Positions 13,092 through 26,296 of a stretch of DNA of 50,094 nt are shown here, piece by piece. The stretch is from Octopus bimaculoides. Its lineage: Eukaryota. The DNA lies in NCBI RefSeq assembly GCF_001194135.2, contig NC_068983.1, positions 134,943,645-134,993,738 of the forward strand, given 5' to 3'. The notes beneath the pieces were generated by a model that did no database searches, had not been told where the DNA came from, and saw nothing but the letters and a program-made list of their open reading frames with translations. Positions within the stretch are counted from its first letter, which is position 1. The number at the start of each line of letters is the position of its first letter. A program made the translations under genes and the position numbers.

Positions 13092-14414
13092 TTTGGAGAA
13101 AGAGAGAATGCTTATGAGTTATCATTTTATGGAAGTCTTAGAAATACAGTATTTGGATGAATATGATGACTACTTCCCAAGTGATAATAAAGAAATTATC
13201 TCATATCCAATGTTAGTTCTGATGGTTTGTACCAATGGGGCTTTTGGGGATGACATCCCTTCTAATAACTTAGTCTGACAAGGAAGGGTAATGCTCATAG
13301 CTTTTCAATGGTTTACCAAACTAGGAGATAGAGTTTATTAAGATTAACATGCTTAATATTCAATTCAAATATTTTGATATTAGTAATTATATGAGAAACT
13401 GATACTGAAAGGATTCTACATATGTTGTACAGTTTGTGTGCAAATGTAGTTCAGTGAGGAGCAAGAGGAGGAGATAGAATATGCATGTTAGGAGGAGAGA
13501 AGATAGATTGGATTAGATAAAGCTGATATATATATATGATAATCGGTTTCAGTTATGCTTATAGAATGTTAATGCTATCTTGTTTTTAAAATAGATTCCT
13601 TTTAAATCTGGTGTATGTAATTGAAGCAGTATTAAATTAAAATAACCATCTATCATATTTAACATACATACACCACTGACAGGCAAGATACTGTGATTTT
13701 CACTTGTGATAAAATTTCCTATAGATGTGCTGTGTTGAAAAATGCAATATATATCAGAGGGAGACAAAAATTAATCCCAGGACAGCTAACAAAAATGCCA
13801 GAAGCATTTCAGCCTTCTTGAACCTTGTGAATAATGTGTCTTAACTGCATGCTTCAATTGCATACAACAGATTTTTATGCAGCCCAGCATCTATTCACAA
13901 TATCAGTGAATGTATTATTCCCTGTTCCCTATATCAGAGGCAACAGACTTTGTCTAAGCCTGTGGATGTGAAAATACATCATTGACAAGGTCCATACGAT
14001 GAAATTCATCTGGTATTCTTGCTGCTGCCAGGACGATTTTTTGTCTCCCTTCAATATGTGTGTGTGTGTGTGTGTGTTTTAATACTGCAAATCTATAACA
14101 TTTTAGTTTTGCTGAAAGCCACAGTATCTTGTATGCCAATAATGTATATACATTAAATATGATAGACAGCTCTTTTACATTTATGATACATTTCTTCTCA
14201 AGTGTAAATTACCCCAAATTTTCTTCTTCAAGCAAGGTTTGTTGTGGAAACACTTCAGAGCAAAAGCCAGATACATTTACCTCTCCATTTGTCCCCATAA
14301 CTATCTCCCCTTCCAACTCCAAACACTTTCCCTAACTCCCTGGACTATTCTCTTCATTAAAAGTGTATCCTCCAAAAATTCCATTCCTGTTTGTTTTTGT
14401 CCTCCATCTATGAC
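13092..14414 (-). pseudogene. Relic exons near 14414-14152, 13720-13676 and 13274-13092
   Basis: Strong acceptors (ctttctttgatttattgtag; cccttccttgtcag) followed by VIDGGQKQTGMEFLEDTLLMKRIVQG... and TKLLEGMSSPKAPLVQTIRTNIGYE..., with stops/frameshift. Confidence 0.45.
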
Positions 14415-15162
14415 CTACAATAAATCAAAGAAAGCATTAATTATACTAATCATACCAACTCAGCAGCATACTTCCTCTTCCATCATCATGTAACCATGTT
14501 TTCTATGCTGGCATGAGTTGAATGTTTTAGCAGGATGCAGCAAGCTAGAGGATGTCTTCAAACTTCAATGTCAGCTTTGGCAAAGTTGCCCTTCCTAATG
14601 CCAACCACTTTACAGTGTGTACTGGGTGCTTTTTTCTATTTTTTTTTCTTTTGAGAGACAAGTACAGGTATCTTGCTGCAGCCATGTATCTACACTGTAA
14701 GGGTAGACAGGAGTAGCTGGGAAGAAGATAAAGACAGTAGTGATGGAGCACCAGAGCAAATTTGCAAGGTACAAGAAGATGAGCATAAGGGAGGATACAG
14801 AGAGTGGATCACGGAAGCAGAGGCACAGTTTCATAAGAGAGTGAGGGAGGAGTAACATGGTTAGACATGGGGGGAGTGAGAAAAATGTGAGTGATGAATG
14901 AGTGATGAACAAGGAACTGCTACCGAGTGGTGGTTCATTATCTGGTGCAATGCATGTGGTGCATGTCAAGTGCCTTGACAGTCAACAGTGCAGCTGATGT
15001 GCAACCCTTAGTTTTTACTGTAGTTGAAAGCATTACATTTAAAAAAGGGGGTAGCCAACTTGATTGCTACACAAGGTAGCCAAAACCCACTTTCTACCAC
15101 TGAAATGTACCCAGCTCTGTAATTCTTTGTCCTTGTGTATTTGATTCATGCTAGATGCTAAC

Positions 15163-15810
15163 TTAACATTTCATCCACCTTAATATTGATAAAACAAATC
15201 TCAATAAAGGATCAATTATATTCACTACATCTCCCATTCAATACAGGGCAATGAAGATGGTTAAGACACTAGGAAACCTAAATCCTATAGTAAGTGTTTT
15301 ACTGTGTCTGCTTAATTGAAACTGGAGTTGATTCTGCTGTTTATCCTTCAGGATAATTGAGCAAATCAATACCAGTAATAAACTTGAGTTAAGCCAAATG
15401 ATAATATCTTCTCTCCTTAAAAAAATTGGCCTTTTGGCTAATCAGAATAAATCATTATTTTCTAGAACCACTGACAGTGAATCATAAGCATTCATTAATT
15501 TTTCAACTGGTTGACATTTTTTCAAAGAAGAAGCTATTTCACAAACAAATGTCAGACACACTACTAAAATGAAAGTAACACTAAAAACACTAATTGACAT
15601 GACCCACAAACTATTATTATCATTACTATTATTATATTTTAATTTTTCATCAAAAGCAAAGGCCAAAATGAATGAAAGTATGAGTAATAATTCTTTGAAG
15701 TTCATTAGCACTGGCACTGTAGAGAATTCTTGCAGTTTTCTGTTACATTTGAAAGACTTAATCTCGGTACTGTAAACTAACAAAATATTTATCCATTTCC
15801 AGGAATCAAA
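15163..15810 (-). pseudogene. Relic exon encoding several hydrophobic (transmembrane-like) segments
   Basis: Acceptor atttctgtcag at 15811; one frame for 216 codons with two internal TGA (15444, 15240); includes track ORF 15442-15783. Confidence 0.65.
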
Positions 15811-16419
15811 CTGACAGAAATATTATATATAAAGGCTTCATAAATTTCTCAAATAACTCAAAAACATTCAAGATGATTTATTTAGGTACAGAATCGATTT
15901 ATGAAGACTTATATTAAAATGGCAATGGATAATCAGGTCAAGAGAGTAGCGAACAGTCAATACATATACATGCACGCACACACTCACACATGTACATATA
16001 TGTGTGTGTGCATGTATATATGTATGTAAACACCAAACCTCTAATAAAGATTAACAGGTAGTAGATAATCAAATTAACATTTCAAATAAGATAATACAGA
16101 TGTCTCTGAACACAACAGCTCCCACATACACAGCAAACAAAAAAGATTGTAGGTTCTGTACAAGAGGACTTAAGATACTTCTTACTGATAAGAAATAACT
16201 TAATCAGAGAGGTAAATGCATGATATCCTGTAAACACAAATTTCTTAAAACTTTCTGTCATTATATGATAACTCCAGATAAATGGATAGTCAGAAGGCAA
16301 TTAGACAGCAATAATTATTTTTCACAAAACAGAAACATGTGTTAGACCATTAGAATGTAAATTATTGAATAGTTTAATTTTGTCTGGTAGATCAATGTAT
16401 ATACTACACTTCAGAAATA

Positions 16420-16772
16420 TACACCTCTTGTGCGGGAGGCACATAAGATGTACCATCCTGAGCGTGACCGTTGCCAGTACCGCCTGACTGGCCTTGTAGG
16501 GTTTTCGAGCGAGATCGTTGCCAGTGCCCCTGGACTGGCTCTTGTGCGAGTGGCACATAAAAGACACCATTTCGAGCGTGGCCGTTTTCGTGCGGGTGAC
16601 ACGTAAAAGCACCCACTACACTCTCTGAGTGGTTGGCGTTAGGAAGGGCATCCAGCTGTAGAAACTCTGCCAAATTAGACTGGAGCCTGGTGTTGCCATC
16701 CGGTTTCACCAGTCCTCAGTCAAATCGTCCAACCCATGCTAGCATGGAAAGCGGACGTTAAACGATGATGTA
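16420..16772 (+). mobile_element. 5'-truncated copy of the same RTE 3'UTR / SINE-like tail
   Basis: High similarity to 5640-5838 (cacccactacactctc...aacccatgctagcatggaaagcggacgttaaacgatgatg). Confidence 0.8.
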
Positions 16773-17126
16773 TGAAAACATGCATGGATGTATCTATGAA
16801 TCTATGTAGATGTGCATGTGTGCGTGTGTGTGTGTGTGCATGTATGTGTACAGGTTACACAGGATCGATCATATATGTGTATATGTATATACAGACATGT
16901 AAATATATATATATATGTATGTATATATATATATATATATATATATNNNNNNNNNNNNNNNNNNNNNNNNNNNNNNNNNNNNNNNNNNNNNNNNNNNNNN
17001 NNNNNNNNNNNNNNNNNNNNNNNNNNNNNNNNNNNNNNNNNNNNNNNNNNNNNNNNNNNNNNNNNNNNNNNNNNNNNNNNNNNNNNNNNNNNNNNNNNNN
17101 NNNNNNNNNNNNNNNTTTTATATATG

Positions 17127-17350
17127 TAGTAATCCCTCGCCATATCGTGGTTCACCTATCGTAGTTTATTATTTAAACCTATGTAAATTCTTCCATGGTG
17201 TTGTTTTGCAGTTATAATAAAATAAATATATACAAATTATAAAAATAATTTTTTAAAAATATGCAGCACAGTACTGTTTCTACTTCACGGATTTTCACCT
17301 ATCATGGGGTGTTTTGGAACATAACACCTGCAATAGTCGAGGAATTACTG
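17127..17350. mobile_element. pogo/Tigger-type MITE
   Basis: Termini (t)agtaatccctcg ... cgaggaattactg, followed by TA. Confidence 0.7.
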
Positions 17351-17439
17351 TAGATATATATATATATATATCATCACCAATATATATATATATATATATA
17401 CATATTTGCATATATACTAGAAAAGTGCACTGGTTTCGT

Positions 17440-17700
17440 CCTGTGATGTGATTGGATACGGACAGTTGCATAGAGAAGTGCCAATCACTTAAATTGGATG
17501 GAACTTGTGAAAGAGGGAGACCCATGAAGACATGGTAAGAAGTATTGAAAGCTAATTTCAAGATGTTGGACCTTACGGAGGAGATAACAAAGGACCGAGA
17601 TGATTGGTGTTTCACTGTGCTCAAGAAGACCCACACATTATAGCAAAAATGGCATCCTAAAACCACCAAGTTGAGCTTGTACATGCTACACCCAGTTCCT
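17440..17700 (+). mobile_element. RTE LINE C-terminal fragment (second subfamily)
   Basis: DGTCERGRPMKTW*EVLKANFKMLDLTEEITKDRDDW. Confidence 0.65.
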
Positions 17701-18359
17701 CCTCCTCTCCTTTGCTCGACATATCAAGCATTCCCCCCCCCCCCTGCATTTTCAGTCGCACTCGAGAGCAGTATTGTCCCTTCCCAAATGACGCTCCACC
17801 TCAACCGATGGAAATGTTCAAAAACTGACGCGCTTTTTTTTTAACACAGCTAGAACTGTTCAAAGGGAGGTAACTTTGTCTCTCCCAATAGGGATTTTTA
17901 CTTCAAAAAAATTCTGTACAGGGATTTTGTCACCAACAAGTTGACGTAAAGAGGTTAATAAAAAGGTTATGTACCTCCGGTCAGGAAGTCTGATGACTCG
18001 TCTATATTGCTAAATGCAATAGTGGACCTGAGACCAATGATAACTATCTGACCGGCCATACCAAACCACTACATAGAATATTACTGATCAAACAAAAACA
18101 TTTTAGTATGCTCTTTTCAGACTTATGGACAACCGACCTACACACACACACATACATTCATCCTTTAAAACCTCCATGCTTCCTGAAATTTGCCAACACT
18201 ACACCTGCTATCCCCGCTCTATATGCACAAATATCATGACTCTTACACTGTTCACTTTCCTGACTTTTGTACGTAATTCTATGTACTGTAGATGCACCTT
18301 TGATGAGTTGTAGTGCACTTGAGCACTATACACAATAATTTCATTATTATATATATATC

Positions 18360-18672
18360 ATCGTCGTGGCACTCCGTCGGTTTGGACTACGAGGGTTCCA
18401 GTTGATCCGATCAACGGAACATCCTGCTCGTGAAATTAACGCGCATGTGGCTAAGCACTCCACAGACACGTGTACACGGAGTGCGACAAGGCCGGCCCTT
18501 TGAACAACAGAAACAGGAAGAAAGAGTAAGAGAAAGTTGTGGTGAAAGAGTACAGTAGGGTTCGCCACCATCCCCCGCCAGAGCCTCGTGGAGCCTTAGG
18601 TGCTTTAGGTGCTTTCGCTCAATAAACATTTACAACGCCCTAACCACTGAGCCATTGCGCCTCCACAAACAC
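18360..18672 (-). mobile_element. tRNA-derived SINE
   Basis: Head ggaggcgcaatggctcagtggttaggg (A-box); body ttaatttcacgagcagg..ttccgttgatcggatcaactggaaccctcg shared with 42090-42350. Confidence 0.75.
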
Positions 18673-20506
18673 TATTATTATATATAACACTATATTATAT
18701 ATATATATATATATNNNNNNNNNNNNNNNNNNNNNNNNNNNNNNNNNNNNNNNNNNNNNNNNNNNNNNNNNNNNNNNNNNNNNNNNNNNNNNNNNNNNNN
18801 NNNNNNNNNNNNNNNNNNNNNNNNNNNNNNNNNNNNNNAGAGAGAGAGAGAGAGAGATAGAGAGAGAGAGAGAAATTCATTCACCATGTCGTTCTAGCTG
18901 GAAGAAGCCTTTTCTTGATTCCGCCTAGCTTCTGTATAGTTTCCATCTAACAATTTCTGCTCCAAGAAGTTGGTCGAGCACTGACAATAGTAGAAGACAT
19001 TTCACTAAGGTGTTACCAAAGGGTAAATATGTTCTGTTATAGCCCTGGGCTGGCTGCTGAGCGGATTTGTTGGTTAGAAACAGAAGGAAGCCCGTTGTAT
19101 ATTTGCATGTGTATCTGTGTATACTCTTCTCCTTGACATCATGTGATGGTTGTAAACAAGCATCACCGATACAAGTGATGATGTTGGTTTCCAAACTTTC
19201 GTGAAAAACATCTCTAGGTATGGAGAAATGTGACCTTACTTGGAAATAGGTAAGTGTTTGCGACAGGATATGCATCCAGTCATAGAAAATCTTCCTCAAC
19301 GAATTCCGTCTGACCCATACAACCATGGAAAAGTGGATGTTAAATAATGATGATGATGATGATGATGATATAGCTGTGTGTGTGGTGCACGTTGTTGGTT
19401 AGTTTCATATCAGCTTTTATCAAAGGCGTTCCACTCATGAACATTTCGATTTTTTTGATGGCCAGTGTGTTCATTTTGTAAGACGGCAGGGAGAAATTTG
19501 AGGAAAATTTGGTTGCTATTTTTTGCAGGTTGAACGACAGCACAAAGGCTTTCTTGAGTAATGTGTGTGTGTGTGTGTGTGTGGTGTGTGTGTGTGTGTG
19601 TAAATATCTAAAAAAAATATCCCTTTAAAGAAAAAATTGCGCGTAAGGAAGACAACAAATAGATCCTCTATATGATGTTTGAGATTGATACTTTATCTCT
19701 TAAATCCATGAGCAACGAAATTGGATATTCAGCAAACCATACTCTCAGCCCCTACTCCCAATGTCTGGGTTTGAATCTATATCAGATATAGTTATTACCG
19801 TAGTCCATTATGCTTAGTTGCCCAGCAGTAGTGAATGCAAACACATACGTCTGCGCGCGTGTATACATACATGCATACATACATGCATACATACATGCAT
19901 ACATACATACATGCGTGCATGCATGCATAAAGCCTTTTTTTGTATGACATTATTGATAACTAATGTCTTACAAAAAACATGCTTTACGAATGTAAGGGAG
20001 ATAACTCAGCAGCTATAAATTTTGTTTCATCCTCGCTTCGGCGCAAATATTTCTCAAATCTGATTAACCAACTGCCGTTAAAATCTTGCATTTTTTTCTA
20101 TTTTTCTATACGTGTTGATTATTCAACTGTAACAATGACATTTGTGGTTCAAGTTATCAAAGAAAATACGAATCAATTTTGTTTCATTTCCTTTTGTACG
20201 TGATTTTCAAGAATCCTTCATCTTTTATATTTTACTTGCTTCAGTCATTGGATTGTAGCCATTCTGGGGCACCGACACGAAGAATTTAGTTGAACATGTC
20301 ACCTCAGTATCATTTTTTTAAGTGTGTTATTTATTCTATATGTCTCTTTTTCCGAACCACTAAGCTACGGGCGTAAATAAACCAACACTAGTTGTCCAGC
20401 AGTAGTGAAGCAGTAGTGAACGCAAACACAGATACGCCTGTGCGCGTGCATGCATACATACATACATACATACATACATACATACATACATACATACATA
20501 CATGCA

Positions 20507-20541
<35 letters not shown>

Positions 20542-21019
20542 ATGATGCATGTTATTTAGTTCCATAATCAAAAGCATTCCAGTCTTGACTATTTCACTTT
20601 TTTGATGGCCAATGTGTTCATTTTGTAAGATGGCAGCGCGTAATCTAAGGAAAATGTGTACGATGGACTTCCATATAGTTTCCGTCCACCAAATTCACTC
20701 ACGAGGCTTTTTTAAATTTTTTTTTTTTAGAAATCTAGACATATAACAAGTGTTTTTTAAAGACTTTAAAAAAAAAATTAGGTTTTCTAGGGTTTTTGTT
20801 TTCTTTTTTTTTTTTTTTTGTCGTTTTGTCGCTGATCTTGCTTATCATGACAGACACGTTCAGTCTAAATAGGATTTAATATGATCCAGAGAGTTTGGCT
20901 AAAATAAATTTCACTGCACTTTGCGAGAGAATGAGTGCACATCCTTTCGGGAACAAGCAATGCTCCCGAAATACAATATTGATAATGAAATATAAAAAAA
21001 AAAAAAAATTTTATTAAAA

Positions 21020-21660
21020 AAACGAAATATGGCAAGGAACTACCAACCAATAACCTACCTTCCATTGATGTTATTGAAAGGTGTTATTGCAAAGGATATG
21101 TATAAATATCTTGAAGGGAGAGGCCTATTGCCAGAAGAAAAAAAAAGATGGGTGTAGAAAAGACACACTCATGGTTCCAAGAATGCTTCAATATATTTGG
21201 GATAGCTAAGAATGTTGTTCAGCTCTCACAGAACAATATATCGAAATGGAAAACTAAATTAACATCAAGTCGAGATAAGTTAGACGTGGTCAGCATATAA
21301 AGTGTATATTAGAAGGTGGTACATTCTTGCCGCTGCTATGTACAGTTTGTCTTATTCCTCTTAGGTTAACCTTGAGAGTGACAAAAGTCATTCTGCGAAT
21401 TTAGCAGTGGTGAGAAAATAAATTATCTCCTGTTTATGAATGACCTGAAGTTATTTGCCAGAAAGCCTTAGGTTCATTGGTCCAGACAGAATTGTGAGTC
21501 ACGAGACTGGTATGAAGTTTGGAATAGATAAGTGTGCCGTGCTAGTAAAAAGGAGAGGGGGAAATATCCAAGTCAGAAGGAACTGGATTCCAAATGGGGC
21601 GTTAATCAAAGTAATGTATGACGGTGACAATTACAAGTTTTATAAATTCCTACTTCATTA
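21020..21660 (+). mobile_element. Degenerate non-LTR reverse transcriptase (R4/Dong-like)
   Basis: NYQPITYLP, GLLPEE, LPLLCTVCLIPL, LLFMNDLKLFA, GMKFGIDKCAVL. Confidence 0.75.
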
Positions 21661-21752
21661 TATAAAGAGAAGGGGTGTCAAATTGTGTCCAAAAGGACAC
21701 CATTCTTGTGTAATTATATTTGCACTCGTTTTTTCTCTCTCTGTCTCTGTCG

Positions 21753-21822
<70 letters not shown>

Positions 21823-22289
21823 TGGAACTTTGGAACTTTAGAGTCAGTAACACAGATCAGATTCAGAGATGAGATGACCGTAAGAATGGTTCTTACCACG
21901 ACTAACTTCATTAGAGAACATTATCCTTCCTTTCGTTCTAATACGACAGCCGCCCAGAGTGGGTGCAAGAAGCAGTGCTAGCACAGGTACAACAACAATT
22001 ATAACAAAGGTAACGACAACGTCAGCAATAGGAAAGGCGACATTTTCAACAACGACGATGACGACGACGGCAAAGTGGTATAAGCAACTCTACGCACAAA
22101 CAGTCTTTTGCTAGTATTGTGGTGAATTTAATGAAATATTTCTCTCTCCCTAGCAATGAGGAGGCACGCCTGACACAGCGACACAACTTGTAAAAGTAAA
22201 CAGAAAGATATTCCAAGTTACAATCCCAACCGAGGTTTTAGCAGCAACTACCCTGGAAACCGTACTGTATCGCGGTGTGACGCCTAGAA

Positions 22290-22930
22290 GCACCAGCACA
22301 CACCGAGGTTGAAAGAGCCCCCACAGATATATGGGCAGATGCAGAACAGGTGACCAGAACGAGGCAGCTTGAGAGCATGAAGCGGTTTAGCGAGGAAATA
22401 GTGATATAGAAGTCTAGACCAGAGAGAGGTGTAATTAGAAACCAGGTAAGGATACTTAGATCGTGACCAACGAGTTCGCGACGAGGCTAGCCTTTGACCA
22501 GTTTCTTCAAGACAAATCACAAAAGTTACATTATCAGAGCTAGGATGCCTGCTCTGAGATATAAAAGAACAAAAGTTGTTCAATGGATTCAAGTAGTAGA
22601 GGCACAATGTAGAAACAAAGTCATTATCATGGTGCGTGTTACTCGATTCGAAGCAGATGTATACTACAACTTTTCAGCAGCACTTTACTCAACTGTTCGG
22701 GACAATTGACGTGTTATAGATGGATATGAACTTTACTGCGTCGGCTTTCCACAGATCTCGGATAGGGATGCAGAATTCTGCGAAAGGCCGATAACAATTG
22801 ATGAAATTCGAGAAGCTTTGGCTGCATGGACGAGATGTTGCCGAGGTTGGATGCTCTGCCCTACGATCTTTACTTTCATAATTCAGACTTGTTCAGTAAC
22901 CTCTTAGTAAATGTCTGCTTCACCTAGCAG
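22290..22930 (+). mobile_element. Degenerate L1/Tx1-like ORF2 fragment
   Basis: YIIRARMPALR, CERPITIDEIREAL, LDALPYDLY resemble the Tx1 linker before the RT domain. Confidence 0.6.
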
Positions 22931-22962
22931 CATATACACACGGAAATACCCACATAACCAAC

Positions 22963-23224
22963 CTTGTCAAAAGCAATAAACATTCCTCTAGTAACCATCC
23001 ATTAATCTTATATCGTCTGAAGAAATGAATCCATGGAAATAATCTACCCGATGTCACGGGTACTCCGGACTACACCGTAATCATCCCAGAAATACGGACT
23101 GTGGTATTAAGAGACATATGATTTGTGGAAACGCGCGTAACGATGCATTAAATGTATATAAATTCCATCCAAGGATTATTGTTATTATTACTAAATATAT
23201 ATACATCAGTATATATATATATAC

Positions 23225-23282
<58 letters not shown>

Positions 23283-25711
23283 NNNNNNNNNNNNNNNNNN
23301 NNNNNNNNNNNNNNNNNNNNNNNNNNNNNNNNNNNNNNNNNNNNNNNNNNNNNNNNNNNNNNNNNNNNNNNNNNNNNNNNNNNNNNNNNNNNNNNNNNNN
23401 NNNNNNNNNNNNNNNNNNNNNNNNNNNNNNNNNNNNNNNNNNNNNNNNNNNNNNNNNNNNNNNNNNNNNNNNNNNNNNNNNNNNNNNNNNNNNNNNNNNN
23501 NNNNNNNNNNNNNNNNNNNNNNNNNNNNNNNNNNNNNNNNNNNNNNNNNNNNNNNNNNNNNNNNNNNNNNNNNNNNNNNNNNNNNNNNNNNNNNNNNNNN
23601 NNNNNNNNNNNNNNNNNNNNNNNNNNNNNNNNNNNNNNNNNNNNNNNNNNNNNNNNNNNNNNNNNNNNNNNNNNNNNNNNNNNNNNNNNNNNNNNNNNNN
23701 NNNNNNNNNNNNNNNNNNNNNNNNNNNNNNNNNNNNNNNNNNNNNNNNNNNNNNNNNNNNNNNNNNNNNNNNNNNNNNNNNNNNNNNNNNNNNNNNNNNN
23801 NNNNNNNNNNNNNNNNNNNNNNNNNNNNNNNNNNNNNNNNNNNNNNNNNNNNNNNNNNNNNNNNNNNNNNNNNNNNNNNNNNNNNNNNNNNNNNNNNNNN
23901 NNNNNNNNNNNNNNNNNNNNNNNNNNNNNNNNNNNNNNNNNNNNNNNNNNNNNNNNNNNNNNNNNNNNNNNNNNNNNNNNNNNNNNNNNNNNNNNNNNNN
24001 NNNNNNNNNNNNNNNNNNNNNNNNNNNNNNNNNNNNNNNNNNNNNNNNNNNNNNNNNNNNNNACTAGTTTTGAAAGTTGCATTCCCTCGCGATCGGTAAA
24101 AATGTGCTTATTTTGGTAGTTTTTACTTATGGAGTCCCTCTAAGCGTGAGGCATTATTGTATAGTAATGCCCTTATATAAATTAAATTTTATATATTTAT
24201 GGGGGGAAAAAATGATGGTTTTGTTTTCCTTATGAAGTTTTTTCACGCTAACTACTTGATAAATTCTTATAAAATTTTTATCCTAATATTATATTATAGA
24301 AAAATATATAAATAATTTCTGGTCAAAACGCAAAACCACTTATGTATTAGGAAAATAGGAAACGCGTTCTGCGACAGTCACGTTTTTCAAAAAAGGTAGT
24401 AGCGTAAAGATAAGTATCAGAATGAAAACATCTAAGAACTATTGACTGAATGACTGACAGACGTGAATGGCAAGTGTGAAAGTAAACGAGAAATTGCGAG
24501 ACTTGAGAAGGTCACGAGTTTTCTATTACACTTTTGACAGCAGCATTTGTTGTGAGTAGATCAGCTTACATACTTCTTGCTTTATTTTCATTTTCGTCTT
24601 TATGTTGGTTTCCTTGCCTCTTTTCTTTGCATCTCAATTGTTTTCCACGTAAATACCTTTGACGATTAATTAGTTTTTTTCGCAAAAATAAGAAACAAAG
24701 GAACGAAAACTTCGTACAAAGATAGATAGGTACCACCACAAGCGAATTAACCATTTGTTGTTCTATAATATTTCTTTATACAGGTATGAAACCCGAGATA
24801 TTTAGAGGGCGGGAAAGGAATGGGAAGTAGTGATGATCAGACCCTATTTTTTGTTTACCCATTAAAACATTAGCAATAAGTTAAGTTTAATATCGTTGCA
24901 TCGAGAGATCGCAAAAGTGGGGCGCCTTTCTAATTAGACAATCTGTCAATTATTAGATAGATGTATGTATCATATATGTGTGTGTGTATGAATATGCATG
25001 CTTGCTTATAATGCTTTGTTTTTAATCACAAGTACAAAGCTTGCTTACTGATACAAAATATAGCACTCAATACTTGAAGCTATATTTATTTAGTGACTAG
25101 TTTTAATTTTAATGCATCTGTCCGCAACTGTGTGAGTGTGTGTACACTTCCACGTGTATGTGTTTGTGCGCGTGTATGTACTCCTTGAAACATACACTCA
25201 GTACTTAGAATAAAGAATTAATGGGTTCTCTTCCATAAATTGTTTTGTAACTAATCAGTAATGATATACCAACTTCAGATTGAGACTTTCTGTGTTAATT
25301 CGTTATTTTTTCTTTCTTATTGTGATAGTTATGTGTACACACGCGCACTCGTGTAAATATTAGACAAATAGTACTTAAACAGAAAGAAAGTACAATGGAA
25401 TAGTTTTAGTCGACTAAAATATATCAGTACGAAATATCTATCTCATCGAAGAAAGGGATTGATATAAAGCGATTAAATCAACAGCACCCCTTGCCACCAA
25501 AATACGTAAGTCTCTTTCATGTCATGTTATAACTTCCAACCCTAATACTCTTGGGAAATACATGAACGTCAGAGCTTCTTAAGATTTTCAAACTGCATGT
25601 CTATATAATGAAATAACTTCAACCTGGAATAAATCCTCTAACAGTTTCTCTTTCTGTATCACAGGTTTCTCGGTTCAGATGTCACCGAGGCCAAATTTGT
25701 TTTTCATTTCT
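22963..25711 (-). pseudogene. Relic exons 25711-25624, 24656-24570, 23016-22963
   Basis: EMKNKFGLGDI*TEKPVIQKEKLLEDLFQ; YLRGKQLRCKEKRQGNQHKDENENKARS-I-RYKINGWLLEECLLLLT (last two exons open and phase 2/2 compatible). Confidence 0.45.
23283..24062. other. Assembly gap (N); others at 1011-1468, 2723-3132, 6444-6453, 7032-7571, 10488-10718, 16947-17115, 18715-18838
   Basis: Runs of N, each adjoining a microsatellite on at least one side. Confidence 0.99.
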
Positions 25712-26252
25712 CTAGACAATTACATAAATACCGTTAACTACCTATTTTTCTTTTCGACTATAATGGTTTGTGGCATTATTTGCATTTCATTTATATGACT
25801 TATATGCTTCAGAAAAGCATGAACCTCACGAAATCACATTTCATCTCACCATAAATCTTATGCTTATGTAGTAAATCGTTATTAACGATGTTATCAGCAC
25901 AACTATTTTATTTTCAGTTAAAGCTAATTTGTTTTCTTATCGACAAACTTTTGTTTGGGATATCAACAGTGAGGGGATTGGCGATTTGTAATAGTGTCCC
26001 TCCCAAAGTAATTCATTACTGAAATGTGAAACCTTTGTCCGAGTAAATCCGTGAGAAATATCTAATGTTTGTTTATTTCTTTACTGTGAACTTGCTCGAG
26101 AAGTGACAAAAATAGTGACTATTTTTGTCACTTCTAATGATTGAAAGAAAACGTTGTTTATTTGTGAGTGTGTGAATATATATATTTATAGATATAGATA
26201 TATATATATAGGCGACCTATATATATATCTATATGTAATTGCCGAATTTGTA

Positions 26253-26296
<44 letters not shown>

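Noticed and set aside
13093-14493. Plus-strand ORFs 13093-13278, 14129-14335, 14239-14493 (also 2341-2538, 10724-10930, 19979-20203, 31757-31878, 36632-36871) as genes
   Set aside because: No plus-strand splice architecture; they overlap minus-strand relic exons that have good acceptors and are best read as antisense shadows.
18640-18672. tRNA gene
   Set aside because: Only an A-box-bearing SINE head; no complete cloverleaf.
82-24119. Long track ORFs of YI/HT/CV/ER/X composition
   Set aside because: Translations of microsatellites and N-gaps.
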